Origin: Cytobacillus oceanisediminis
Lineage (GTDB): Bacteria; Bacillota; Bacilli; Bacillales; Cytobacillaceae
Reading direction: 5' to 3'
NCBI RefSeq assembly: GCF_003182355.1
Contig: NZ_QGTW01000003.1
Location: forward strand, 361,273-385,272
Length of the DNA stretch: 24,000 bases
Each line of letters begins with the position of its first letter. Within the stretch, counting starts at the first letter, position 1. Position numbers and translations under genes: made by a program. Shown in pieces: positions 9,101 to 18,073 of the stretch. Under the pieces are notes generated by a model. It was not told the DNA's origin. It saw only the letters and a list, made by a program, of their open reading frames with translations, and ran no database searches.

Positions 9101-9946
9101 CTATTCCTCCCCATTCTCCTGCTTTGTCTTTAACCCGGCATGTGCTTCTTTTACAACTGCATCAGGCTGGAGTTTTAAAAGATTTTCTCCCTCTTCTTTG
9201 CTGCCCGCCCAATACAAATGCAGTAAAAACTCTATATTTCCGTCTCCGCCTGTGATTGGCGAGAAAGAAACATCTTTCACATCATAGCCAAGGCCAAGCG
9301 AAAATTCAATAATTTTTCCAAGTACTGATTCATGGACCTTCGGATCTCTGACGATCCCTTTTTTCCCAACCTGTTCACGGCCTGCCTCAAACTGCGGCTT
9401 AACAAGAGCCACTACATCACTTCCGGATACCAGAAGTGTTTTTAGGACAGGCAGAATCAATTTTAGCGATATGAAAGAAACATCTATGGAAGCAAAATCA
9501 GGCATTCCTGCAGTAAGATCGGCTGGCGTAACATAGCGGAAGTTTGTCCTTTCCATGACCACTACCCGTTCATCCTGCCTTAGCTTCCAGGCAAGCTGAT
9601 TATAGCCTACATCCAGCGCGTAAGACATCTTTGCACCGTTTTGCAGCGCACAATCCGTAAAGCCGCCTGTGGAGGAACCAATATCAAGCAATATTTTGCC
9701 TTCGACATTTAAATCAAATACCTTTAGGGCCTTTTCAAGCTTTAGCCCTCCGCGGCTGACATAAGGCATCACTTTCCCTTTTAAAGTTAAAGGGATATCA
9801 ACGCTTACTTTCTCGCCGGGTTTATCAAGGCGGCTTTCATTGCTGAAAACCAGGCCAGCCATCACAGCTCTTTTAGCTTTTTCCCTTGTTTCGGCAAGAC
9901 CTCTCTCAACTAATAAAACGTCTAATCGTTCTTTCTTTGTTTTCAT
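9101..9946 (-). CDS. yqxC: TlyA-family rRNA 2'-O-methyltransferase (S4 domain plus FtsJ-like methyltransferase)
   Basis: 281 aa. N-terminal S4 RNA-binding region (RLDVLLVERGLAETREKAKRAV) and SAM motif DIGSSTGGFTD. Position between dxs and argR matches B. subtilis yqxC. Confidence 0.9.
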   Translation of the reverse strand: MKTKKERLDVLLVERGLAETREKAKRAVMAGLVFSNESRLDKPGEKVSVDIPLTLKGKVMPYVSRGGLKLEKALKVFDLNVEGKILLDIGSSTGGFTDCALQNGAKMSYALDVGYNQLAWKLRQDERVVVMERTNFRYVTPADLTAGMPDFASIDVSFISLKLILPVLKTLLVSGSDVVALVKPQFEAGREQVGKKGIVRDPKVHESVLGKIIEFSLGLGYDVKDVSFSPITGGDGNIEFLLHLYWAGSKEEGENLLKLQPDAVVKEAHAGLKTKQENGEE

Positions 9947-9949
9947 TCT

Positions 9950-11842
9950 TTAAGCCCTTTTTTGTTTTTTTCTTGCTAGTTTGCCGATTCTTTCAAAGAC
10001 ATCTTCCACTGTCATGCCGATTTCCTCTAATAGTTCTTTTACGCTGCCGTGCTCGATAAATTTATCAGGTATGCCCATCCTGTCAATCTCAGCATGATGA
10101 AAGCCTTGTTCATGTGCGTATTCCAGAACCGCACTTCCAAAGCCGCCCTGAAGGACAGCTTCTTCTATCGTCAGGATTGGCATATTTCCCCCGAACAAAT
10201 CCTGCAGCATTTTCTCATCAAGCGGCTTAATAAACCTAGCATTCACCACTTTAATGGAATATCCCTGCTTTTCCAATAGCGAAGCAGCTTTTAAAGCCAT
10301 AGGAATAGTTGTTCCGAAAGTTAGGATAGCTGCGTCATTTCCTTCTCGAAGAACCTCCCAGGTACCGATAGGAATTGGTTTGAGCTCATCATCCATTGGC
10401 ACTCCGATGCCATTTCCGCGCGGAAATCGCATGGCGATTGGACCATCATTATATTCGATAGCCGTTTTAACCATGTGCTGGCCTTCATTTTCATCTTTCG
10501 GCATCATTAGAACCATATTCGGCAAATGCCTTAAGAAGGCTATATCAAAGACTCCCTGATGTGTTTCCCCATCTGCACCCACCAGTCCAGCACGGTCAAT
10601 TCCAATAAATACATTTAAATTTTGACGCGCGATGTCATGCACAACCTGGTCATAGGCACGCTGCAGGAATGTAGAATAGATAGCAAGGAACGGCTTCATA
10701 TTTTGCGTTGCCAGCCCAGCAGCAACAGTGGCTGCATGCTGTTCTGCAATTCCTACATCATACATACGATCAGGGAACTCACTTGCAAAGCCCTCCAGCT
10801 TTGATCCAACAGGCATTGCAGGGGTAATGGCGACGATTCTTTCATCATTTCTGGCCAGCTTCCTAACTGTCTCGCTGACAAGCTTGCTCCAGCCAGGCGG
10901 AGTACTGACAGGTTTAACAAAATCCCCTGTTTCCATCTTATACGGGCCTGTACCATGCCATGTGCCAATCCGATCGCTTTCGGCAGGCTGATAGCCCTTT
11001 CCTTTTTTCGTTAGGACATGGAGAAGAACAGGTCCCTCAGTCTTCTTCGCATAAGCCAAATTCTCAAATAAATCGTCATAACTGTGTCCGTCCACAGGCC
11101 CCAGGTATGTAAAGCCCAACTCTTCGAAAAACATTCCTGAAACAAATAAATATTTCAGGCTATCCTTCAGCCTCTCAGCAGTAGAAGCTAATTTTCCGCC
11201 CACTGCAGGCACTTTCTTTAAAAAATGTTCAAGTTCATCTTTTACCCAATTATATTTGCCTGCTGTCCTTAGTCTTCCCAGAACATTGTGCAAAGCTCCA
11301 ACATTTGGGGCAATCGACATTTCATTATCATTTAAAATAACAATCATATTCTTTTTTTCATGGCCAATATGGTTCAAGGCCTCTAAAGCCATTCCACCGG
11401 TTAGGGCCCCGTCTCCTATGACTGGAATTACATAATTATTCTCTTTTTTTAAGTCTCTTGCGATGGCCATTCCCATTGCAGCAGATAGGGATGTGGAGCT
11501 ATGCCCTGTTTCCCAAACATCATGCTCGCTTTCAACCATCTTTGGGAAGCCGCAAAGACCCTTGTACTGCCTTAATGTATCAAATTGGCATGCACGGCCC
11601 GTCAATATTTTATGCACATAGGATTGATGTCCGACATCCCATATAATTTTATCCTTGGGGCTATCAAAGCATTTATGAAGCGCTACAGTTAATTCCACGA
11701 CACCGAGGTTTGGGCCGATATGCCCACCTGTACCGGACAGCTTTTCGATCAGAAATTCTCGGATATCCTGGCTCAAATTTTCAAGTTCCTTATTAGAGAG
11801 CCCCTTTAAAAAGGAAGGGTCTTTAATTGATAACAGATCCAT
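9950..11842 (-). CDS. dxs: 1-deoxy-D-xylulose-5-phosphate synthase
   Basis: [13 protein letters not shown]... matches the B. subtilis Dxs N-terminus. GHSSTS and TPP motif [10 protein letters not shown] present. The ORF track extends 4 codons to a GTG at 11854 that directly abuts the oapA stop; I prefer the ATG at 11842. Confidence 0.93.
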   Translation of the reverse strand: MDLLSIKDPSFLKGLSNKELENLSQDIREFLIEKLSGTGGHIGPNLGVVELTVALHKCFDSPKDKIIWDVGHQSYVHKILTGRACQFDTLRQYKGLCGFPKMVESEHDVWETGHSSTSLSAAMGMAIARDLKKENNYVIPVIGDGALTGGMALEALNHIGHEKKNMIVILNDNEMSIAPNVGALHNVLGRLRTAGKYNWVKDELEHFLKKVPAVGGKLASTAERLKDSLKYLFVSGMFFEELGFTYLGPVDGHSYDDLFENLAYAKKTEGPVLLHVLTKKGKGYQPAESDRIGTWHGTGPYKMETGDFVKPVSTPPGWSKLVSETVRKLARNDERIVAITPAMPVGSKLEGFASEFPDRMYDVGIAEQHAATVAAGLATQNMKPFLAIYSTFLQRAYDQVVHDIARQNLNVFIGIDRAGLVGADGETHQGVFDIAFLRHLPNMVLMMPKDENEGQHMVKTAIEYNDGPIAMRFPRGNGIGVPMDDELKPIPIGTWEVLREGNDAAILTFGTTIPMALKAASLLEKQGYSIKVVNARFIKPLDEKMLQDLFGGNMPILTIEEAVLQGGFGSAVLEYAHEQGFHHAEIDRMGIPDKFIEHGSVKELLEEIGMTVEDVFERIGKLARKKQKRA

Positions 11843-11854
11843 TCTGCGGACCAC

Positions 11855-12472
11855 TCACTTTCGTTTCTTATTCGTCCGTTGTTTTAATTTCGTCTTTTTC
11901 TTGTCTTTTATTATAACAATATGGAATTTATCCTCAAGAAAATGCAGGATCTTCCCTACCTGGAAGATAATATCTTTAGAGTACCTTATTGCAAGCGATT
12001 TTCCAAATGCTTTTCCTCCCACGGTCACGGCGGCAATGATGCTTGTTATGATTACTGAAGATGCATATTCAAAAAGGCTGCTGTTATTCATCTGAAATGA
12101 GACGGTTAGCTGTACAATGACGATTGCAGCCGCAGCACCGCTGATAATGCCAGAAATATCGCCAATAACATCATTGCAAAAACTGGCGAACCGGTCCGCA
12201 TTTCTAACAATGCGAATCGAATGCCTGGCTCCAAAAACTTTATTCGAGGCCATAGAATGAAAAGGTACCTCATCTGCAGCAGTGGCAGCAATTCCTATCA
12301 TATCAAAAAAAATGCCGATTAAAACAATAAATCCAACAACAATCAGCCCAGTTCCCCATGATACACCGTTCAATATGGAGTTTGAAATAATTGAAAAAAG
12401 AGCCGCTAGCACAAAAGTGATAACGGCAATACTAAAGCTCCATTTAATCGAATTCCGCAGCAACTCTCTCAT
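11855..12472 (-). CDS. oapA: small multi-pass membrane protein with a Lys/Arg-rich C-terminal tail; candidate OLE-associated protein A
   Basis: 205 aa with about four hydrophobic helices and the tail KDKKKTKLKQRTNKKRK. Sits between the structured RNA and dxs, the position reported for oapA in Halalkalibacterium (Bacillus) halodurans. Assignment is by context and architecture, not by alignment. Confidence 0.7.
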   Translation of the reverse strand: MRELLRNSIKWSFSIAVITFVLAALFSIISNSILNGVSWGTGLIVVGFIVLIGIFFDMIGIAATAADEVPFHSMASNKVFGARHSIRIVRNADRFASFCNDVIGDISGIISGAAAAIVIVQLTVSFQMNNSSLFEYASSVIITSIIAAVTVGGKAFGKSLAIRYSKDIIFQVGKILHFLEDKFHIVIIKDKKKTKLKQRTNKKRK

Positions 12473-12504
12473 TTCTGTAAAACTTCCTTTTTGGATTAAG
12501 AATG

Positions 12505-12602
12505 AAAAAGGGGCGGAGCTCGCCGTTTTTTCGCGAAATCGATTCCGCTCGTCAGCTTCAGCAAGAGCTTCGCCTCTTTATTTTTGCTTATTAAGCTTTA
12601 AC
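12505..12602. repeat. intergenic repeat element, copy D, between the OLE-like RNA and oapA
   Basis: Shares GCGAAAT, (A)TTCCGCTC, CAAGAGCTT and AAGCTTTAAC blocks, in the same order, with copies A and C. Contains the small GC hairpin GGCG-AGCTC-CGCC (12512-12524), flanked by T-runs on both strands. Confidence 0.55.
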
Positions 12603-12639
12603 CGTTCCACAACCTGCCCTTATAACGCTTATATATGTA

Positions 12640-13275
12640 TGAGAGGGGCAAACCCCTCAGAAACTCGAAAGAAGGATGGCCATACAAAGGGTTAAGATTG
12701 CGGCTTAGGTCCAGTAGGTTTTCCCAAGCGAATACCGGATGTCGCCATACCGGCGGTTTCCCTTTAAATACGCCTTAGCCGTGTCGCCACCAGCTAGACT
12801 GGATTGCCACTTAGTCCGCACTATAATCCCCTTTATATGTCATTGGAACAGTCTAGGAGATTTCCTCGGCAGCCTTTAACCATTTCCCTAGCCTCTTTTG
12901 CAAAGAAGATTTCATACAGGCGAAAAAGCATATATCAATGGCCAACTGATGTATGCCCTTATAACTGTAATCCCCTCTATCTTCACTCAAGGCAGGCTAC
13001 GCTGCTAGTGACCTCCCATGGGACCACATTGCAGGTTCATAACCCGAGACCATAGGGCCGTACGCTTTCGCTCAAGCCTGATCATCGGGGCCTCCGCGGT
13101 GAAAGGGTCAACGCCCACATGCCTTTGCAGATCGCCCTTACACCTTACTCCCTGAATCGACCCAAGGCTGGGCGCCTCAAGCCAAAACAAGGAACTTCAT
13201 CGATGTGCCCTTTAGTGGATTTTTAGCCCCACCTTCAGGAATGGTAGACCGACTAGAATACTGCACCATCCATAT
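12640..13275 (-). ncRNA. ole: OLE (ornate, large, extremophilic) RNA candidate
   Basis: The ~860-bp gap between ispA and the membrane-protein gene has no credible ORF. The ispA-[RNA]-oapA-dxs context is that reported for OLE. The ~630-nt length fits. Helices visible on the minus strand include GGATGGT...ACCATTCC, nested GGTG/CACC with AAGGG/CCCTT, GC-GAAA-GC (GNRA loop), GTGGTC-CCATGGGA-GGTCAC and GAGGGG-TTTG-CCCCTC. Ends are approximate (about +/-50 nt). Confidence 0.75.
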
Positions 13276-13281
13276 ATACCT

Positions 13282-13310
13282 ATTATACCATATTTGCGAT
13301 TGTGCAACAA
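13282..13310 (-). promoter_or_regulatory. strong sigma-A promoter with extended -10, driving the OLE-like RNA
   Basis: Minus strand reads TTGTTG (13310-13305), 17-nt spacer ending in TGg, then TATAAT (13287-13282). It begins about 24 nt after the ispA stop with no intervening terminator. Confidence 0.6.
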
Positions 13311-13333
13311 TCGGCCGCCCCTGCCCAGCCCTC

Positions 13334-14227
13334 TTAATGGTCCCTGCTGGCTACTAAATCTGTTATTGCCTCTAGTAGTTCCGTATTTAATCCAGTTTCT
13401 TTCAATTTTCCCTTGGCAGCCTTTATGTGGCTTTCAAGCGCTTCTTTAGCCCCCTCCATTGTAAGAAGGGAAGGATAAGTGCTTTTGTTTTTTGATTCAT
13501 CGCTGCCAATAGGCTTTCCAATCATATCTTCTGTGCCTTCAAGATCAAGAATATCATCCCTGATTTGGAAAGCCAGCCCCAGGTGATAGGCAAAATGGGA
13601 TAAAACCTGAACGGTTTCCTGATCGGCTTGTGCCAATATTGCACCCGATACAACGCTGCACTCCAGAAGCTTGCCTGTTTTATGCAAGTGGATGTATTCA
13701 AGATCTTCCAAAGCCAACTGCTGCCCTTCCCCATTAATATCTGCTACCTGTCCGCCAACCATCCCTTCTGCTCCGGATGCTTTGGACAGTTCCTTAATTA
13801 AAGAAAGCTTTATCTCAGCTGAAGCAAATTCATCCGGTGTTTCGGCGACAGACTGGAAGCTATATGTAAGCAGTGCATCTCCTGCAAGAATGGCAAAGGC
13901 TTCTCCAAATATTTTATGGTTCGTTGGTTTTCCTCGCCTCAAATCATCATCATCCATGCTCGGAAGGTCATCATGTATTAACGAATATGTATGAACCATC
14001 TCAATTGCTGCAGCCGTCCACAAACCTTTAATAGTATCCTCCCCAAAGGCAGCCAATGTAGCAAATAACAGCAATGGCCTAATGCGCTTGCCTCCTGCCT
14101 CAAGAGAATAAAGCATTGATTCTTTTACTGCAGGAGGAGCATTCAATTTGCTTATGCTTTCCTTTAGCTGATTTTCTAGAATTTTTTTATGGTGTTCAGA
14201 AAAAGAAACCAAGGATTGTTCCAGCAA
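13334..14227 (-). CDS. ispA: farnesyl diphosphate synthase (polyprenyl synthetase)
   Basis: 297 aa. First Asp-rich motif DDLPSMDDDDLRRG and second motif DDILD. TTG start 7 nt after AGGAGG. Confidence 0.93.
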   Translation of the reverse strand: MLEQSLVSFSEHHKKILENQLKESISKLNAPPAVKESMLYSLEAGGKRIRPLLLFATLAAFGEDTIKGLWTAAAIEMVHTYSLIHDDLPSMDDDDLRRGKPTNHKIFGEAFAILAGDALLTYSFQSVAETPDEFASAEIKLSLIKELSKASGAEGMVGGQVADINGEGQQLALEDLEYIHLHKTGKLLECSVVSGAILAQADQETVQVLSHFAYHLGLAFQIRDDILDLEGTEDMIGKPIGSDESKNKSTYPSLLTMEGAKEALESHIKAAKGKLKETGLNTELLEAITDLVASRDH

Positions 14228-14229
14228 TG

Positions 14230-14463
14230 TTATTCCTCCTCCGGAATGGCAAAGTTTTCCTTGCGTCCATCCTCCGTCAGTATTTCTGTTAGCTGTGATT
14301 CCACATTTTTCAATTTGTCATGGCATAGCTTGGAAAGCTCCATGCCCTTCTTATAAATATTAATTGCTTCTTCAAGGGGGACATCCCCTTCCTCAAGCTT
14401 TTCGACAATAACCTCCAGCTGATCCATCGCTTCTTCAAATGTAAGCTTTTTCTCATCCGCCAT
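14230..14463 (-). CDS. xseB: exodeoxyribonuclease VII small subunit
   Basis: [34 protein letters not shown]... is typical XseB. I prefer the ATG at 14463, 8 nt after GAGGAG, over the ORF-track GTG at 14472 that overlaps the xseA stop. Confidence 0.88.
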   Translation of the reverse strand: MADEKKLTFEEAMDQLEVIVEKLEEGDVPLEEAINIYKKGMELSKLCHDKLKNVESQLTEILTEDGRKENFAIPEEE

Positions 14464-14468
14464 GGGAT

Positions 14469-15809
14469 TCACTCCTCAATATCCGTTACCCGGCAATTAA
14501 TTGTACCATCTGAAACCTTAACCTTTATTTGGTCATTCACCTTAATTTGAGTAACGGTCTTTATTAGTTTTTCCTTTTCTGTATATACAAGGCTGTAGCC
14601 TCTATCCATAATTTTAAGAGGACTAAGTGCTTCTAAAGTAGAGACAGCCCTCGCAAAGTCCTTTTCCTTGGCAGCAGCAATATTGCCCATCGCTCTGTTA
14701 AGAAGCTTATGCAGCCTGTCGTGTTTTTCCTTGGCCTGCTCCTTCAATTGTCCAGGGTGGCTGCGGTGCAATCGTTTCTGCAAAGCATCTGCTTGCTCAA
14801 GCTTTAAATCATGCAGCCTTTTGGATCCCCTTACAAGCTGTTCGTTTAGTTTATCAAGCTGCTCTAATTTCTGCTCATACAGTTTTTGAGGGTACCGGAA
14901 AGCATATGACTTTTGCACCCTTAGGATCCTTTCATTCTGAAGGGCAACTTGTTCTTTCATTGCTCTTATTAGCCTCGATTGCCTATTGAATAGCCTCTCT
15001 GTTAAATCGTCAATATGAGGGACCGCCATTTCGGCTGCTCCCGTAGGTGTAGGAGCCCTTAAGTCGGCGACAAAGTCGGCTATAGTAAAGTCGGTTTCAT
15101 GTCCAACAGCTGCTATAATAGGAATTTCAGATTGAAAGATCGCCCTTGCGACTGCCTCTTCGTTAAAAGCCCAAAGCTCTTCAATGGAGCCGCCTCCCCG
15201 GCCAATAATCAAGACATCAGCCTCTTGGGAGACATTCGCCATTTGTATCGCTCTAACGATGGATGGCGCAGCCTGGTTTCCTTGAACCAGCGCAGGATAA
15301 ATAAGAATATTTGCAATCGGATAGCGCCTTTTTATTGTAGTTAGAATATCTCTGATAGCAGCTCCTGTTGGCGAGGTGACAACAGCTACTTTTTTTGGAT
15401 AACGAGGTATGGCTTTTTTATAATTGCGTGAAAACAGCCCTTCTTTTTCAAGCTTTTCTTTCAGTTGTTCGTAGGCAAGATACAGCTCCCCAATTCCATC
15501 CGGCTGCATTTCTTTTATATATATTTGATATTGCCCGCTTGGTTCGTAGACCGAAACTTCACCCCGGACCAAGACTTTCATGCCATTCTCTGGCCTGAAT
15601 TTCATTGATCGGGTATTTCCTGCAAACATTACAGCCAAAATGCGGGCCTTCTCATCCTTCAATGTAAAATACATATGGCCGCTTGAATGCTGTTTAAAGT
15701 TTGAGATTTCTCCCTTGACCATAATATTTTGCAGATGGGGGTCAGCATCAAATTTTCTTTTTATGTACTTTGTTAAAGCGTTGACTGTTAGATACTGCTG
15801 TTCCTTCAT
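14469..15809 (-). CDS. xseA: exodeoxyribonuclease VII large subunit
   Basis: 446 aa. N-terminal OB fold ([23 protein letters not shown]), catalytic core and C-terminal coiled coil. RBS AAGGAG. Confidence 0.95.
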   Translation of the reverse strand: MKEQQYLTVNALTKYIKRKFDADPHLQNIMVKGEISNFKQHSSGHMYFTLKDEKARILAVMFAGNTRSMKFRPENGMKVLVRGEVSVYEPSGQYQIYIKEMQPDGIGELYLAYEQLKEKLEKEGLFSRNYKKAIPRYPKKVAVVTSPTGAAIRDILTTIKRRYPIANILIYPALVQGNQAAPSIVRAIQMANVSQEADVLIIGRGGGSIEELWAFNEEAVARAIFQSEIPIIAAVGHETDFTIADFVADLRAPTPTGAAEMAVPHIDDLTERLFNRQSRLIRAMKEQVALQNERILRVQKSYAFRYPQKLYEQKLEQLDKLNEQLVRGSKRLHDLKLEQADALQKRLHRSHPGQLKEQAKEKHDRLHKLLNRAMGNIAAAKEKDFARAVSTLEALSPLKIMDRGYSLVYTEKEKLIKTVTQIKVNDQIKVKVSDGTINCRVTDIEE

Positions 15810-16011
15810 AACAATCTCCTTTTATGCAGAAGACGCCAATTGAGCATCCAAAGCAAGAGCAATAAACTGCATAGACAGCAAAAAACTGCCCTTCCACTTA
15901 ATATTTAGCCTTTTAGTCTGCATGCATTCGCACACAAAGCCAAAACCCTAAATATAGCATAATGGAAATGGACAGATTTTGCATCTGTATTGGAAGTTAG
16001 CAAAAATTCAA

Positions 16012-16869
16012 TTAGCGTTTGCTTTGGGCAGACCTTGCTGCCTTTAATGTGTTATACATAAGCATTGTGATTGTCATCGGGCCTACTCCGCCTGGAACTG
16101 GCGTTATATATCCCGCTTTTTCTTTAACCCCGTCGAAATCAACATCACCGCAAAGCTTGCCTTCATGATTTCGATTCATGCCAACATCAATGATTATTGC
16201 ACCTTTTTTCACATGGTCTTCTGTTATTAACCCAGCCTTTCCCACAGCTGCAACGAGAATATCCGCTCTTTTTGTATGTTCCTTTAAATCAGCTGTTTTG
16301 GAATGGCAATAGGTAACCGTTGCATCTTTATTTAGAAACAACTGCCCCGAAGGCTTTCCTACTATATTGCTTCGGCCGACAACTACCACGTGCTTGCCGG
16401 CAATATCAGCCCCGATAGAATCCAGCATCTCCATAATGCCAAAGGGAGTACAAGGAACAAAGGCATCTTGGCCGGTCATCATTCTGCCAATATTTATCGG
16501 ATGAAAGCCATCCACATCCTTCTTAGGTGAAATCGTTTCAATTATGACCTTTTCATTAATATGGCCTGGAAGCGGCAATTGGACAAGTATTCCGTGAATA
16601 TCCGGATTTTCATTTAACTCTTTGATTTTACTGATAAGCTCTTCCTCACTGACTTCTTTCGGAAGTTCAATCAGCATGGAATACATTCCTAGTTTATTAC
16701 AGGTTTTTTGTTTATTGGACACATAGGTTTTAGAAGCCTGGTTATCTCCTACTAAAATAACTGCAAGGCCTGGTGTAATTCCATTTGCCTTCAGCTTTTG
16801 CACTTCATTGCCTATGAAATCCTGTTTTACTCTTGCAATCTCTTTGCCGTCTATTAATTTTGCAGGCAT
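16012..16869 (-). CDS. folD: bifunctional methylenetetrahydrofolate dehydrogenase/cyclohydrolase
   Basis: 285 aa with [29 protein letters not shown] and PGGVGPMTI motifs. Confidence 0.95.
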   Translation of the reverse strand: MPAKLIDGKEIARVKQDFIGNEVQKLKANGITPGLAVILVGDNQASKTYVSNKQKTCNKLGMYSMLIELPKEVSEEELISKIKELNENPDIHGILVQLPLPGHINEKVIIETISPKKDVDGFHPINIGRMMTGQDAFVPCTPFGIMEMLDSIGADIAGKHVVVVGRSNIVGKPSGQLFLNKDATVTYCHSKTADLKEHTKRADILVAAVGKAGLITEDHVKKGAIIIDVGMNRNHEGKLCGDVDFDGVKEKAGYITPVPGGVGPMTITMLMYNTLKAARSAQSKR

Positions 16870-16885
16870 TATTTATCCCCCTATC

Positions 16886-16945
16886 AGGACAGCGGAAGCG
16901 CCTAATGATAAGGAACGCCGGCATAGCACCGGCGCCAGCACATCC
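16886..16945. repeat. GC-rich hairpin segment in the nusB-folD spacer; possible short repeat-family fragment (copy E)
   Basis: CGCCGG-CATAGCA-CCGGCG hairpin at 16916-16934. The minus-strand block AGGCGCTTCCGCT (16903-16891) resembles the TTCCGCT core of the repeat family. Weak assignment. Confidence 0.3.
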
Positions 16946-16969
16946 CGTGCAAGTCCGAACCAGATATTT

Positions 16970-17359
16970 TTAAAGCTGTTCTTTCACCTTGGAAAGAACT
17001 CCATTTATAAACTTGCTTGACTGTTCATCGCCGTATAATTTCGCAATTTCAATTGCTTCATCCAGCACGACATTGGCTGGAACATCCTCACTAAGATACA
17101 GAAGTTCAAACACTGATAATCGCAAAAGGTTGCGGTCCACTGTAGCAAGCCTTTCCAAAGTCCACTTTTCAAGGTGTTTTTTTATCTCTTCATCAATTGT
17201 TTCCTTATACTGAGAAACACCTGATACAAGTTTGCTTAAATACGCATCAGCTGGTGCGCCTTCTAATACATGTTCAATAGCGGACTCTGTTTCCACCTGG
17301 CTTACATCGATTTGAAATAAAGCCTGCAATGCTTTCTCTCTGGCTGTTCTTCTCTTCAT
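16970..17359 (-). CDS. nusB: transcription antitermination factor NusB
   Basis: 129 aa. MKRRTAREKALQALFQIDV... with a typical NusB C-terminus (EAIEIAKLYGDEQSSKFINGVL). Confidence 0.93.
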   Translation of the reverse strand: MKRRTAREKALQALFQIDVSQVETESAIEHVLEGAPADAYLSKLVSGVSQYKETIDEEIKKHLEKWTLERLATVDRNLLRLSVFELLYLSEDVPANVVLDEAIEIAKLYGDEQSSKFINGVLSKVKEQL

Positions 17360-17591
17360 CTTTTTCTTTAACTCCTTTATGGCTAACGTTGTGGTTTTTC
17401 ATTTTTGAGCATATACACGTCCAAAAATAACATAACAAGATAATAGCACAAGTAAAGGATATTCGCACTAAGCAATAACAATAAGGTTCATTCCAGTACT
17501 TGTATGGATACTCGTTAAAAAGCCTTTGCTATATAAAAGTTATTTTCCCTTTAAAAAGTTTCTTTATAACAGTCTTTGAGATGAAGAGAAT

Positions 17592-17633
17592 AAAAAACCA
17601 GAAAAGCCAAAGACTCTGTCAGATGTCTTTGGC
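17592..17633 (-). terminator. rho-independent terminator after the asp23-family gene
   Basis: Minus strand reads GCCAAAGAC-N10-GTCTTTGGC followed by TTTTCTGGTTTTTT. Confidence 0.7.
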
Positions 17634-17646
17634 TCAGTGAAGTTTA

Positions 17647-18054
17647 TTACATTTCCTGCTCGTATTCAATCTCATGCTTTTGGTTTTCGAACATGATTCC
17701 TACTACATGGATATTTACTTCCTGTGCATCAAGGGCTGTCATATTCAAAAGCGCCTGGCGGATATTGTCCTGAATTTTTTGTGCAACACTTGGAATGGAT
17801 ACCCCAAACTTCATCAGGCAATATACATCAACTTTAATTCCTTCTTCGGTTAATTCAACCTTAACCCCTTTGCCATGGTTCTTTTTGCCGAGCCTTTCTA
17901 CCACACCTGTAGCGAAATTGCCGCGCATCTGCGCAACCCCTTCCACTTCAGAAGCTGCAATGCCGGCAATAACTTCAATCACTTCCGGAGCAATTTCAAC
18001 CTTGCCAAGCCCTGAGTTTTCATGGCTCATTTCAAGAATGTTATTTTCACTCAT
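17647..18054 (-). CDS. yqhY: Asp23/Gls24-family envelope stress protein
   Basis: 135 aa. GKVEIAPEVIEVIAGIAASEVEGV... is typical of the Asp23 family. RBS GGAGGT. Position after accC matches B. subtilis yqhY. Confidence 0.88.
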   Translation of the reverse strand: MSENNILEMSHENSGLGKVEIAPEVIEVIAGIAASEVEGVAQMRGNFATGVVERLGKKNHGKGVKVELTEEGIKVDVYCLMKFGVSIPSVAQKIQDNIRQALLNMTALDAQEVNIHVVGIMFENQKHEIEYEQEM

Positions 18055-18073
18055 TATGGCACCTCCATCAATC

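Noticed and set aside
12282-13190. ORF-track ORFs inside or overlapping the ispA-oapA gap (12282-12695 +, 12804-13055 +, 13005-13190 -)
   Set aside because: None has an RBS. Their compositions are odd (Cys/Pro/Arg-rich, low complexity). They overlap one another and the helices of the structured RNA. One is mostly antisense to oapA. They are best explained as chance ORFs in a GC-richer RNA gene.
12600-13300. Alternative identities for the structured region: group II intron, T-box or riboswitch leader, RNase P RNA, tmRNA
   Set aside because: There is no intron-encoded protein, no GUGYG 5' end with a recognisable domain V, and no interrupted host gene. The region is far too long for a riboswitch or T-box. 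The gene context does not fit rnpB or ssrA, while it matches OLE exactly. A covariance-model search is still needed for proof.
15810-16011. 200-nt folD-xseA spacer as a possible sRNA or leader
   Set aside because: It holds only a short hairpin (ACAGAT-GCAAA-ATCTGT) with no T-run, and a weak extended -10-like TGcTATATT without a -35. This is not enough to call a feature.
17274-17468. 64-aa minus-strand ORF overlapping the nusB start
   Set aside because: It overlaps nusB in a different frame, has no RBS, and is Cys-rich and hydrophobic noise. The 287-nt yqhY-nusB spacer showed no convincing small gene or RNA by eye, only a weak extended -10-like TGcTATTAT.
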